In this document: one piece after another, positions 1-11,619 of the stretch
Layout: each line of letters opens with the position of its first letter
How positions within the stretch are numbered: the stretch's first letter is position 1
From: Dimargaris cristalligena
Lineage: Eukaryota
Assembly: GCA_003614675.1 (NCBI GenBank)
Contig: ML002376.1
Coordinates: 1 to 35,904 of the forward strand
Direction of reading: 5' to 3'
DNA length: 35,904 bases
The notes under the pieces: generated by a model
The model's input: the letters and a program-made list of their open reading frames with translations, nothing else
Databases searched by the model: none
Told to the model about the DNA's origin: nothing
Program-made: the position numbers and the translations under genes

Positions 1-2291
1 CGGGATCCTAGCACCTTTACACCGACTGGTACACCAGCAGTCACACCAGCATCAGCAGGCGACAGGTATGCCCTGTTTATATTTCCTGATGTACCTGCCC
101 ACTGTAAATACATGACTGGTCTACCTCTCGATCGGGTCATCTTTGCAGCACAGTGGGAGCTCCGGATACCGCTGACCCGTCGGCCAACGGTATTATCCGG
201 GCCCCCACCTTGGGATCCGCACTGGCGGCGCTGTTCTCTCGGTATGTCCATGGGGAATTAGCCAATCTTTTGGCCCATGTCCGCCACCAGTACATATACC
301 ACCGGGACCCGGCCCTATTTGTCGGGTTGCGGAATAACCGGCTGCAATCAGTGATGTTGGATACCCTGTGGGGTTTCAAGCCGCTGAGCGAGCGATTCGA
401 TCCCCAGAGCCCGGTCAATAACGAGCCTTATACGGTGCTGCGTCAGGTACGTGATCAAATCACTAGTGAAGGCCCGGTGATGACCGTGACTTCCCAAATA
501 GTCCCTCGACCGATGCTGTTGCCAAAGTCTTTATTAAGCGCCGCTGAAGTCGCCCTTTCCCCCACCATCGGTGTTCACCCTAGTCCCTTACCCGATCCTA
601 CCCAAGTTGCCGCCCGTACCGATTTAATTTACCGGCGTCGTGTGCCCAACCTGGTGAGAGCAACAACCACGGTGAATGCCTTTGGGGGTGTGGATATGAG
701 CGCCCACCGGCAACCCCATCATGCACGGTCTACAATGACGTCATCGTCCACTCAACCTACAGCGGACGATAGTGCTGCCTACCAAGAATTTGTGCGCGAA
801 CAAAACCCGCACTCCCCCGCTTGGTTTTTAGCACCTTCCGAATGTTACCAGCGGGTCTTGGAAAATTTAGACCCCCAGCTTACCGATGATCCGGAAGGTT
901 TGCATAAATGGTTGGCCAAGTGGTGGGCGGCCTCGGGGAGTGGTGGTGGCTCCTTATCCGAGCGAGTTATGCCCCCCACCCACCGACTACCTGTTGCCCT
1001 CTTTCATAACCAGTATTTTGTCAATCGGGCCCATGTCCCCCAAAACCAGGCGAACTCGCGCCAGCGGGCCCATAACCAAGCCCCCATGGCCCCCAAATGC
1101 CTTTTCCCGCCCTCCGAGCCGTCGAGCCCTGATTCCAAGGGGGGTGGAGGTGGTGGTGCGGGTCGACCCTCCATGTCGCCGTTCCCCATTGATCGCACCG
1201 TCCCTATCCCGTTTGATGAACTCGACGACGCTCTGGAAGCTGAACCGCCAACCGATCCCAGCGGTAAACAGGGCTGGCGGCTGCGCCTTACTGTATTCGG
1301 GACGTTTGGATACCGGCGGGACGAAGATGCGATTCTGGCGCCCAGCCCAGATCCCATCGGGGTGGGGCCGGTGATTAATCGGATTGGTAATCCGGGTGAA
1401 GGGGCCTTCTTCCGCGTCGTGGGGACAATCCGAACTCCTACTGCCGACTTGCCGAGCCATGGTAGTGGCAGTGGAGGAGGCCGGTCCGCCGGGGGGAGCT
1501 CAGCCCGGACGGCGGCATATAACGATGCCTCGGCAGTTAACGTCGCTCTGCAAACATCAGCCCAGCTGAGCGATTGGTCGGAAACAGCCCATCGGTTCTG
1601 GGAAGCCGACTTGACCCATTCGATGGCGAGCGCCCCGCCACGGCAGCGGACGCTGGGGTTGTTTACCAACCAGAGTTTCGAGAAAAACGCGATTGTGCTG
1701 GAATTCCGTGGACAGTGGCTGGGCAGTCACCAGGCAGGACTCCGCCAGCAACGGTATCTGCAATCGGTACGCTCCATCCTGGGTGGGACTCAAGGAACGG
1801 CAGGGGTGAAGGCAGGAGGGGGTAGCCACGATCGGTCCACCAATGGCCATAGCGGTGGCGGTGTCACGGGTAAGCCGGGTAGACCGGCGGGAAGTGGGAG
1901 TCGACTACGCCAAGCCATGAATGCGGGAGGGGGAAATGGAGGAGGAGGAGGCGGTCGTTCGACACCTTCCCTTAACATGCTGACCCCGCCACATTCTACT
2001 AGTAATGGTGGGGGAGTAGATGGGGCGGAGTATCCCACGAGTTGTGCCTCGGCGGCGGCGGATCCGGGACGACCGGGTCAGCGGTATCCCAATTGCATCA
2101 TGATCCGCGCGGCGCGCGACTGGTTTGTGGACGCCAGCGGGTTCCGATCTCCGTGCGCCTATATCCAACACAGTGCCAAGCCCAATCTATTCGCCAAGAC
2201 GCTGTGCCTGGCCGACGGTAGTCTCCATGTAGTTTTATGTGCCGTGCGGCATATTGAAGCGGATGAAGAACTCACGCTGGCTTACGATTAG
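1..2291 (+). CDS. SET-domain protein, Set1/MLL(Trx)-like but degenerate; 5'-partial. Exons <1..65 and 149..2291
   Basis: Frame 1..65 is open (RDPSTF...AGD) and joins the 153..2291 ORF in phase (AG|C=Ser) via intron 66..148 (GTATGC...TTTGCAG). The C-terminus has SET motifs LGLFTNQSFEKNAIVLEFRG, FVDAS, AYIQHSAKPN and EELTLAY. Stop TAG at 2289-2291. Confidence 0.85.
66..148 (+). other. Spliceosomal intron (83 nt) in SET gene
   Basis: GTATGC donor, CTTTGCAG acceptor; splicing joins two open frames. Confidence 0.75.
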
Positions 2292-2581
2292 CATGCGAGA
2301 TGGTATCATCTAGTGTGGATCCATAGGCATATATCCCCCTTCCCCTCCACCTTTAATTCATTTGGCTTACTTAATCCTATTGATACGTTAACGCTGGTCT
2401 GCCACACTTGTAGTATATTTGCACGGGGAAGGAGGGGGCGGGGTGTTGTGATTTGACCACTCTGGAGGATTAATCTATTGCCCCATTCGACTGGAATTTG
2501 CAAGCAAAGAGATCATGAATACAAAACAGAAATTTGTGTATTTTGATAAAATCATTTATTAAGATAGGTGGATGGAAAAGT

Positions 2582-2870
2582 CTATGGTGGACGATTGTCC
2601 CGTTTCCGTAGGTTAATGGAAGAAAGGGGAGGTTCGATTACTGCTGACCAACATAGTTGGGATAATCTAAGTAAGAAGTATAATAAAAATAGATCGTGCT
2701 GGGTACCTCCCAATGCCAGGCAAAGTGCGTCGAGTGGGGCTAGGAACTCCGCGTAGTAAACTGCTGCTATTGTGGAATATGGTGGTGCTGGGATTGGTGG
2801 GGAGGGTGATCCGAGTGTGGTCGTGGACCCGAGAAGAAGGATGGAAACTTTGAGGTTGGGTGAAGTACAT
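2582..2870 (-). pseudogene. Possible small frameshifted secreted-protein gene or remnant
   Basis: ATG at 2870 (MYFT). Removing one C of ACCCAA gives MYFTNLKVSILLLGSTTTLGSPSPP..., open to TAG at 2582 (about 95 codons). TATATAAA lies on the minus strand at about 3079-3086. No family recognised. Confidence 0.2.
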
Positions 2871-3822
2871 TAACCACATGGGTGTGAAAAGCTGGTACTG
2901 GCACCATTTCATTTGTTAGGGAGACGGCACTACTAGCTGGTCACATTTCCAGTATTTGCATGGGTGGGGAGGGGAGAGAGGGTAATGGTTTTCCCACCAT
3001 ATACACGAGTAACGACGTTTCTTAAGTATTGCTGGCGGGGTTGTGTGTGTATCGCTTTATTGAATCGACACTCCGCCAATTTATATATACATATGGATTT
3101 CGGCTGATTGGATAAAGTGGTACGCCGCCCATGTAGAGCGGCCCCAGGGTTTGGTAATGTTCATGGGGAGGAGTAGTAGGTAGTAGTAAGTAACATTTTA
3201 CTTGGACACTGGCGAGTGGGAAATGGGGGTGGTGGGTAGCTAAACTATGAGAGACTGCATATCGGGCTGGTGCCTCTTTAAGAAAAAACGGAGGTCGAGT
3301 GCGGAGTAATGACGAACCTTTTAATACTGTCTATACTGCCCGATTATTCAGTTAACTCTTCTGCCTCCATGATTAAAATAGGGCGTCATTGAGGTTTCAC
3401 TAACCCGAATTTTGTGTATTCGCGCGAGTGGGTGTGGGCGGTTTCCCCTCTTTTCTGGAACATCGTTTATTGTTATTCGGCGGTTCTATCGACCGAATTG
3501 CGTGGTCATCATTGCGGCTACATTGGCCGCCTCCCAAAATTGGCCAACCAGCCCTCCTCTTAACTCCCACACCACCCTCCCTCTTCTCTCCAACCACGTT
3601 GGCTTTTCCCTCTTCCCACTATTTCACCCCGCATTTGTTTGAGAGAACAAAACTACCCTGCACGTCTATTCATATTTCACACTACCTCTTTCTCTTCTTC
3701 TCTTTCCACTTGCCTTTTCCTATTCTTCTTGGTTTTTTATCCGTCCTTGAGTCTATATCCCTTACTTGTACTCTTTTACTCCCTCCCTCTGTTTTTTATT
3801 TGTAAAATTCTTGTATTTGACC

Positions 3823-5041
3823 ATGTCTAACTACGGCAACAACAATAACTACGGCGGTGGTTACCAGGGCGGTGCGGCCAACGACTACACCGGTGGTGGT
3901 AGCTCGGGCAATTACAACAATAACAGCAACAACAACCACGGTAACGATGACCATGGTGACTCCCAGGACCGGTCGGGCATGAGTTCCCTTTTGTCCATGG
4001 CTGGTCAATTCATGGGCGGCAAGAATAGCAACAAGCAACAGCAACAGCAACAGCAGCAGCCCCAAATGGGCGGCGGAAACTATAACCAAGGGGGCGGTTA
4101 TGGCGGTAACTATAACCAACAGGGCGGTGGTGGTTATGACCAGCAGCAGCAACAGCAGTTCGGTGGTAATGGTGGTTACGGTCAACAACAGGGCGGTTAT
4201 GGTGGGGGCAACCACCATGGAGGTGGCTACGGTGGTGGTAACCCCCCTTCGGGTAGTTATGGCCAAAGCGGTGGCAACAGCAACAACAATCACAGCAGCA
4301 GCAACAATAGCAATAGCAGCAGCGGTGGGCTTATGGCTATGGGCCAGAACATGGCCATGCAGTTCTTGGGCGGTGGTAAACAGCAGCAGCAGCAGCAACA
4401 GCGACCTCCTTCCCCGAAGCAGGATTTCTTCTCGAGTGTAAGTATATGAGCTGTATACTAAAATAGGTGTGCGAGGACTGGTTTTACTCGGGACCGTGTT
4501 TGATGAGCCTGTCCACGTGACTGATATAGCCTGTAAGGGTAATGTAGAGGCATCGTTATGTATTTCTAATCCACCCCAATGATTCATGTATGAATGCATC
4601 TCTATATGTCCTTTATGACCATGCTGGCCTTTCGGGACCGTTTATCAGATTATCAGCAACGTAATGGGCAGCGGCAAGAAGACCAACATGGACACCAACC
4701 AAATGGGACAGTACCACCAGCAGGCCTACCAGTCCAACAACAATAACAATAATAGCAACAGCGGCGGCGGTGGCCTTATGGCTATGGGTCAGAACGCGCT
4801 GGCCGGCGCGGCGGCCATGCAGGCCCTCAAAATGTTCCAGGGCGGCAGCGGTGGTGGTAGTAGCGGTGGCAACTCCCAGTCGGGCCTAATGGACATGGCC
4901 ATGAAGGAGGCTATGAAGCTGTACTTCAACCAGAACAAGGCGCGCGGGGTGGAAAACAACGAACAGGAACAGTCAGAAATTGCGCAAAAGGCCGCCCAGG
5001 CCGCCATGCAACTGTTCCAGAACCAGGGAGGTCGCCATTAG
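3823..5041 (+). CDS. Gly/Asn/Gln-rich protein with C-terminal domain like the fungal 'beta-flanking' (beta-fg) family; exons 3823..4437 and 4649..5041, 335 aa
   Basis: ATG at 3823 follows a pyrimidine-rich leader. Phase-0 intron GTAAGT(4438)...TTATCAG(4648) joins FFSS|IISNVMG. The C-terminus HQQAY...GAAAMQALKMF...SQSGLMDMAMKEAMKLY...AAQAAMQLF matches my recollection of the beta-flanking protein motif. Confidence 0.8.
4438..4648 (+). other. Spliceosomal intron (211 nt)
   Basis: GTAAGT donor, TATCAG acceptor, frame-preserving. Confidence 0.85.
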
Positions 5042-6186
5042 CTTTATCCTATTATCGGATGAAACTCGCCAATGTGAAACAAACTCCAGTTTGCCTATTG
5101 TTCCTTTGGGAGTCCCCACCACGTCTAGAGGCAGTGTGTCAATAGTGGTTGGATGTGGTTGGTTGGCTCGATGGTTGATTGATTGGTGCGATAGTTTGGT
5201 ACCGCATCGCGCTATGATAAGGAATTAGCTAGTAAAAATTGAAGTAACGGAAACATCGCAAAATGGAGGAAGGGAAGAAGGGCAGTGTAATAAAATGATG
5301 CTGCGGGGTTTGTAACCGGTGATCTACTTATTCGCGCATACATAGAACCGTGGACTGTATATGCGTCACCAAGCTATATATATATGTATATGGCTGGGAG
5401 TATAGCTAGTATATATTAATAGGATGGGAAAGGGCACGTGCCGCTATTTCACTAGGGCAGAGGTTTGGGAGTTATCGGATGGGATGGTCAGACGGGCTTA
5501 TCGCACCGTGACTGAGGTAGCTAGGATCCCGTGACCGCCCTGGCCCACTCAGGCGATCGACCTACGGAGAGGGAGAGGGAGAGGCTGTTGCTCATTAAGT
5601 GTGCGTCAGCCGGCCGAGTCAGCTGTAAGCGCCTGTCCTTTGTGTATTAGCAAAGGTAAGGGCTGTTGACCAGGTTAGTCAGTAGCATACAGCTGAACTT
5701 AGCTCTTCCCACCCTCTCGAATTATGCTATCCACCGTCCTTCATATTCCTCCAGTGCTACTGATTCCCCTTCGCATATAGAGTAGTAAATATCCCTAGGT
5801 TGGCGCTCCTCTTCCCGCCTTGAGTCCTGTCCCGCCTTTTAAACTGCTTCCTATTCTTTTGCACCGCCCAGTCCAATTCAGTCCATTTCCTTTCAACATT
5901 CTTGTCCATTGTGGTCTCTGCCCTGTCTTACATACTCCCTCCGGCCGGCCGGCCCCCTTCCAAACTCCGCTAGCATACCGAACTCTCTATTCCCTTTCCT
6001 ATACCCTAAAGCCCGTCCCTTTTGGCCCTCGCTTCTCCTTATCTCCATTCTTTTCCTTTATTTCCTATCCCCCTTACCCTCCCAAGCCGCAGTCATTTCC
6101 GCCCCACCCCCTTTCTTCTACTCCCCCCGTCCGAACGGCTGTCTAGCCGTTGTAGTTTTGAGTTTGCGAACTATTATCGGCCGGTC

Positions 6187-9100
6187 ATGTCCCAGGGTCA
6201 GTCTGGTAGCAGTTCGGGGGGCCGTCGGGCCAAACCTGTCTTTCTAAAGTAAGTCCCCCCCTCACCCAGCCACCTTTTTGCGTTAATTGGTCCAGATTCC
6301 TGTCGTTCGATGGTGGCCGTGACTCGTGTCCCCTCTGGACCCTACTATTGGCGAGGTAGGCGCCCACGCCCAGGGCCGCTCTCTAGAGCAATTGACTATA
6401 TGCATGGCCTATACCACACATCTCCTCTGTTATAAGTAGAGTACGCTGCTCCTAATTTCCCCCCGCATTAACCCCCCTCCACTTTCTCCCCGGCTGTACG
6501 ACTCTAACCATTGCCACCATGCCTTATTCTAGGGAGCCGTCTTCCCTCGAGTCCCTCACTTGGGTATGGTCGGACCTCACTTCCCGCGTGGCCCAGAGCC
6601 TCCCGGCGTCGATAGCCCGCCCGGGACGCTGGTCCGGCTCGTCCCCTCAAGCCGTCCCCCCACCGGGTCCTCGTGTACCGGCTGGCCCCTTATATGCCGC
6701 CTCGATGCAGCCCACCTCACCCATGCCCTACCACCCTGCGTCGGCCTACGGCCCGCCCCGGCCCCCGTCTTTAGCCTACGGCCCTCCAGGCGAAGTACCC
6801 CCCGAATGGGACGCCGCCCCCGTACTGTACTCCGCCTTCGAAGCCTGGCCGCGGGACCCCCTGGCCCTCAATTCATCCCTGGCGGCCTGTCTATGTTTGG
6901 GCTACCCCGACGGTTTCCAGGTGTGGGATATTTCCGACATTGACAATATCCGTGAGATAATCTCCGTGCGCGATGTGGTGGAAAGGGTTACGGCGATGCG
7001 CTACTTGCGCCCTTCCCCCAAATGCCAAGCCAAATTAGACGATGTCCAGCTTGCTAGCCTGCCCTGGGTTGCCTGTGTGCACTCCGCTGCTCCCAGCGGC
7101 GACAGTGAACCCCCGTCCCCTAACCCGACCCGCTATTCCCGACCAATTGCTGTAGGCAACTGCGTATCTATTTTCTCCCTATCCCAACAGACCCTCCTTC
7201 ACTCATTTTCGTTCGCCCCCCATACCATCATTGAAATGACCCATAATGACCTCCTCATCGCGGTGACCCTGGATAATGGTACCCTGCACCTTATTGATAT
7301 CACCCGCCAAGAAGTGGTGGCCCAGTTCGACCACGTTTCCCCAGTCCCCGACGAGGTGAGCACCTCCCCCCGAATTGCCTTGGGTCCCCGCTTCCTGGCC
7401 TTTCCTACTTGCCAAATAGCTCCCGTCAAGGTCAAGCTTACTCCCATTGATGACCCCGCCTGGACTCCGCAGTCCCGCCATGCCGTCGAAAAGGTGGCCA
7501 AGGATGTGGTCAACGGCGTCAAAGTGTTGGGCAGTTTTGGTTACAAGACCCTCTCCAACTACTTTTCCCCCGCCCCATCCACTACGCAGTCCCCGTCCCT
7601 CACGTACCCACCTCCGTTGGCCGGATCCGGTCGCTCTGGTGGTCCCGTCAAGCCACCTCCTGTCTCGGACCCCGACGAACACCTGGGCAATGTCATTGTG
7701 TATGACCTGCAGGAGGTCCTGGACGCTTTACCAACAGACTCTGCTTCCACCCCGCTGGTCACGGCCGCCCCCGTAGCCCATTTCGTCGCCCACCGCCACC
7801 CTATCCATTGCTTAGTTTTTAGTCCCGGCCAGACTCTACTGGCGACAGTGTCCACCCAGGGGCATGCCCTTAATGTCTTTAGTCTACTGGGCCGTCATGA
7901 CCGTGGCTTCGCCACCGGCGGACCGGGTCACCACCCCGCCGTATTCGATGCCGTGCGGGGTATTCGCCATCTGTACCGCCTTGCCCGGGGTATCACGGAC
8001 GCCCTGGTCGAGAGTATTTCGTTCAGTCCCGATGCCCACTGGGTGGCCGCCAGTACCAGTCGAGGTACCACCCACGTGTTTCCTATCAACCCCCAGGGCG
8101 GCCCGGTCGACGCCCCGGCCCATTTGGGCCCAGCCGCTTCCCTTTCTCCGCTTGACGCCGGGTACAGCCTGTCAAACGGTAGCAGTGTGTGGAAATCCGG
8201 TTTGACCAGTGTTCCGGCGGTGGTCCGCATCAAACAGCGGGCCCCATTGGCTCCCGCCTCCCCGTTACCCCGGCCTCCTTCCCACCCGCACTACCCGGAG
8301 GACCTCGGCGTGTTTCCCATGGAGCTGCCGTCCACGGATCCCTATTCCATAGGTTACCCGGCCATGGGCCATCGTCCCCCTCAGTCCCCCCCGGCCATCC
8401 GAGGCAGTCTGGTCACCTACTTTGGTCCCTCATCGGCGGGGGCGGAATGGTATGCCACTCTGCATGGCCAATACTACCCTAGCACTTCATTCGGAACCGG
8501 TAACCCAACCTCTACAGTGACCCCTCGTCACCGGGTGAAGCAGTTGATCCAGCCCCTCCTTCTGTGGATCTTCCACCCCAATGCTACCCTAACCCTGCAC
8601 CGCTTGACCCCTAGCTGTGTAGCCCAAAAGGGTAAGCACGCCGCCGCTTTTCACCCCCGCTACACCTTGGCCGTGAACCGCGACGACCTAGCCGAGTGGG
8701 ATGTTATCCGGCATTCCACCTGGGCGACGTTACCTTGGAAGGCCCCCCGCCAGGCCCCCGCTAAAAATCCCGCCCCAGGACCTAGTACGACGGCCCCTCA
8801 GTCAGCTGCTATCGACTGGATGGTCCATATGGAATTAGTTACGTGCCCCCTTATCAATCCGGAGCCCCTCTGGGCCCAGAGCCAATTCCAGTTCCAGTGC
8901 ATTATCCCACCGACTCCCACCACCCCGACGGCCCGCTTCTCCGGAAGTCCAGCGCCGGCCCCGGCGACCGAACCCTGGTTCCCGAAGGTGCGGGTATGGG
9001 AATTCAAACGGGGCGCCCCTCGACCCTATGGGACGGCATCCATGGACCGCGGCGACGGGGACAACAGTCCCTACAGCTACCAGGTCCAAGATCGCCTACA

Positions 9101-9578
9101 CAACGCTATGAATAGCGTACTGGATATCCGTTACCCATTGGCGGTCGAGCCCCTCTTGTCCCCCGAGATTGCTACCGTCTCCCCCGCGTCCGACGATTTT
9201 CTGGCTGTGAATAAGCCCCGGCCCATCCCCTTCCTGTATTCCGAACAAGTTCCCTCCCGGCCCACTCTCCCTGGCGAAAACGGACGGCCCGAATCCCTTT
9301 TGGCCCACGTCTCGGAGAACGAGTCGATGGATGAACTGGCCTCGGATTTAGATGAGGTCCATGTTTACTCCCCTGCCCCGGAATCGCCCCCCACCTCCCG
9401 GCGGAAGAGTTACAGCGCCGGTGAACGGGGCGGTGGCTATCGGGGGGAGCCCGTTGGCCCGGGGGCAACCAATGGAAGCCGCGCCCCTGATTCACTGTTC
9501 CCCGAATTGAGCGAGGACGACAGTCTTCATGCCCTAATCAACTTCGAGGCCGACGACCAAAAATCGTCGGCCGAATGA
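6187..9578 (+). CDS. BCAS3: BCAS3 / ATG18(F-H)-like WD40 beta-propeller autophagy protein; exons 6187..6248 and 6533..9578, 1035 aa
   Basis: Motifs LGYPDGFQVWDI, IALGPRFLAF, VAHFVAHRHPIHCLVFSPGQTLLATVS..GH..NVF, HLYRLARGITDA..ESISFSPDAHWVAASTSRGTTHVFPINPQGG and W..HMELVT. Intron GTAAGT(6249)...CTCTAAC branch...TTCTAG(6532) gives AA|G=Lys in frame. Ends TGATGA. Confidence 0.88.
6249..6532 (+). other. Spliceosomal intron (284 nt) in BCAS3
   Basis: GTAAGT donor, CTAAC branch point near 6504, TAG acceptor, phase 2 consistent. Confidence 0.85.
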
Positions 9579-10349
9579 TGACGTAGTTACTGGTCCGCAT
9601 AGCAGTCGATCTGGCCGACCCCATTCCCAAGTATTGGGTTAGGACGTACCCTTCCTCTCCGCCAAAGAACTTGCCTCACAAACTCTTAATGTAATATAAT
9701 ACGATCGGGGATACTTTTATCAATTATCCCTTTCCCTTTTATGCTATAATTGGCGACAGGGAAATTGGCATATTATTCAGAGAGCGAGTCTCTCGGCTTT
9801 GTGGCGGCCTCCTCGTATTATTGTGTATCTGACCATTAGACTTGTATTACTTAATCAGGGTAACCCTTTCATCCATTTCCGAATACTAAGATTCAACCCC
9901 GTACTATTTTTCCCACTTCAAGTATTTAAATTGTCAATCGTTATTGTAACTCTATTGTTGTTGTGAAACCCCACAATCTCTTTCCCACCGCCTCCCCTTG
10001 ATTACTCCAATCTCATTTCCAAACGAGCCTGCCGACTGATCCTTGATCAAACAGGCATCACCGAGTTGCTATGTTTCTGGGGAGTAGCGCTTTTGAATTA
10101 TTATGCATTTAATTTCTGATCTCTTGTAAGCCTACTTGGCAACACCCCTTGGAGCATATTCCCTTTTGTTGTAATAGCCGCATTCAGGCCAATTTGGCCA
10201 TTCTTCATTCATTGAATTCCCGTCTCATATACCTGCTGTTCAATTGTTGTCTATAATATATAATATTTTTTAATAATCTCACAAAAAAATAATAAAATAC
10301 AATAAACCTGTAAATTGGGTGGAATAGGCCCCTCCTGTCTTCCCCAGAA

Positions 10350-10580
10350 TTAAATGGACCTGGCGAGCTCAAATGCGAATGTGATAATATTCTCGACTGT
10401 GAGTAGTTTTTTATATGGGTGGAATTCAGTGCAGATGTATAAGGTTTTGGATACTACGCATATGGGAAAGTATATGAGAGATCCATTATTAACCAGTGGA
10501 GTGGTTTTTGCCTCATCCAACGGATTTATCGTTATACAGTCTGGTTGAACCTTTCCCATATGTATAGCACTCACAATGCT
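10350..10580 (-). pseudogene. Decayed copy 1 of an unknown coding repeat family
   Basis: Translation HMGKVQPDCITINPLDEAK...YFPICVVSKTLYICTEFHP aligns at nucleotide and protein level with 22400-22560 (+). Confidence 0.55.
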
Positions 10581-10785
10581 GGGATTTCTATAGTCTTCTA
10601 CTTCAATCCTGTGTTTAATACCACCAAACTGTACTATTATATATATGAATACCTTGTGTTATCGCGGTCTTAGTATTGCGTTGATTTATTTCCTATACTA
10701 TTTAATCAATGACCCATGATTTTTGGTTGGCCATATTCATGAACGCAATCATCTGTTAAAGCAGACGACCCAGCCGTGGTGTTAG

Positions 10786-11294
10786 TTAGATAGTTGGACG
10801 GTTGATGGCACAATCCGGTGGGCACCAGCTCCCGCAATCCCCCATTGCCAAATGGTTGCGCCCAGGAATAATGGTTTTAACCAAACAATGTAAATGATTC
10901 AATGTCCGACTACACTTGGGATCAATATCCAATAGCACAGACTCGTCTTTATCCCGTTGCAGCAGGGCCACAGCCCGTTCATCGTACTGTTTTTGCCGCG
11001 GTTCGCCCGAGGTTTCGTCCACCAGCCCACGGGGATCGTATAAAAAGGTGGCGGCCAAACAGTAGTTATCCAAACTCGCCTGGAGGTTGGTCACGTCGTA
11101 ATCCAGGTAGTGCAGCCGGACGGCAATGTGGCGGCGAGCCATGATCAGGTTGAGCTGGTGCTGGTATTTGAGGTTGCGTTGGTTGATGTCTAAAGGGTGG
11201 TGGTGTACATTGCTGGCTTTCACGGATAGAAGCCAATCGTGGGCTACATTGGCCCGGCCGCGATGGGGGGGTGTCCAATGACTAGGGGTCGCAT
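10786..11294 (-). pseudogene. Orphan gene A (paralog of 14655..15149); ATG at 11294 is out of frame with the body unless the C7 run at 11265-11271 gains one base
   Basis: The body aligns almost without gaps to ORF B (W..N..P..I..R..Y, RL[HY][YF], LYDPxG, SG, DxDxSxxLDIDP). Homology extends upstream of the GTG at 11223, and there is no in-frame ATG. TATAAA lies on the minus strand near 11412-11417. Confidence 0.6.
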
Positions 11295-11619
11295 CGAGTA
11301 GAAATACCGTCTGGTGGGTAGATACAAAATAAATAAAAAATGTAGAAGGGGGCTGTAGTATTTAGCGTTGGTTAATGGGAAGAGAGAGGGGTGGGGTGCG
11401 TATACCCTCGATTTATACAATATATAGTACCGCGGGTGGTAAGTTGGGGGATGGTGCTTTTTACAAATAGGGGGTGGTGTTATTAATCTATAGAACCTAC
11501 TCGAGATGCCATGTGGGGTGAAGGTGTAGTAAGCAGTAGTCGGTATTAACGCTTTACAAACTAAATGAGGTGATGGAACTAACCAATTTCAGAGCACAGT
11601 AAAAAGATACGAATAATTA

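Noticed and set aside
2292-2456. Frame stays open about 55 codons after the SET TAG and contains LVCHTC, suggesting a read-through post-SET
   Set aside because: Spacing is CxxC rather than CxCx4C, it lies too far from the SET core, and an open run of this length is plausible by chance.
4501-4524. TGATGA and CTGA in the intron, suggesting a C/D snoRNA
   Set aside because: The boxes are only about 15 nt apart, and there is no terminal D box or stem.
3796-4599. 267-aa antisense ORF rich in L/V/T
   Set aside because: Shadow of the CAG/AAC/GGT codon repeats on the sense strand.
6519-6532. ATG 6519 as the BCAS3 start
   Set aside because: It lies between the branch point and acceptor of a well-supported intron; ATG 6187 is preferred.
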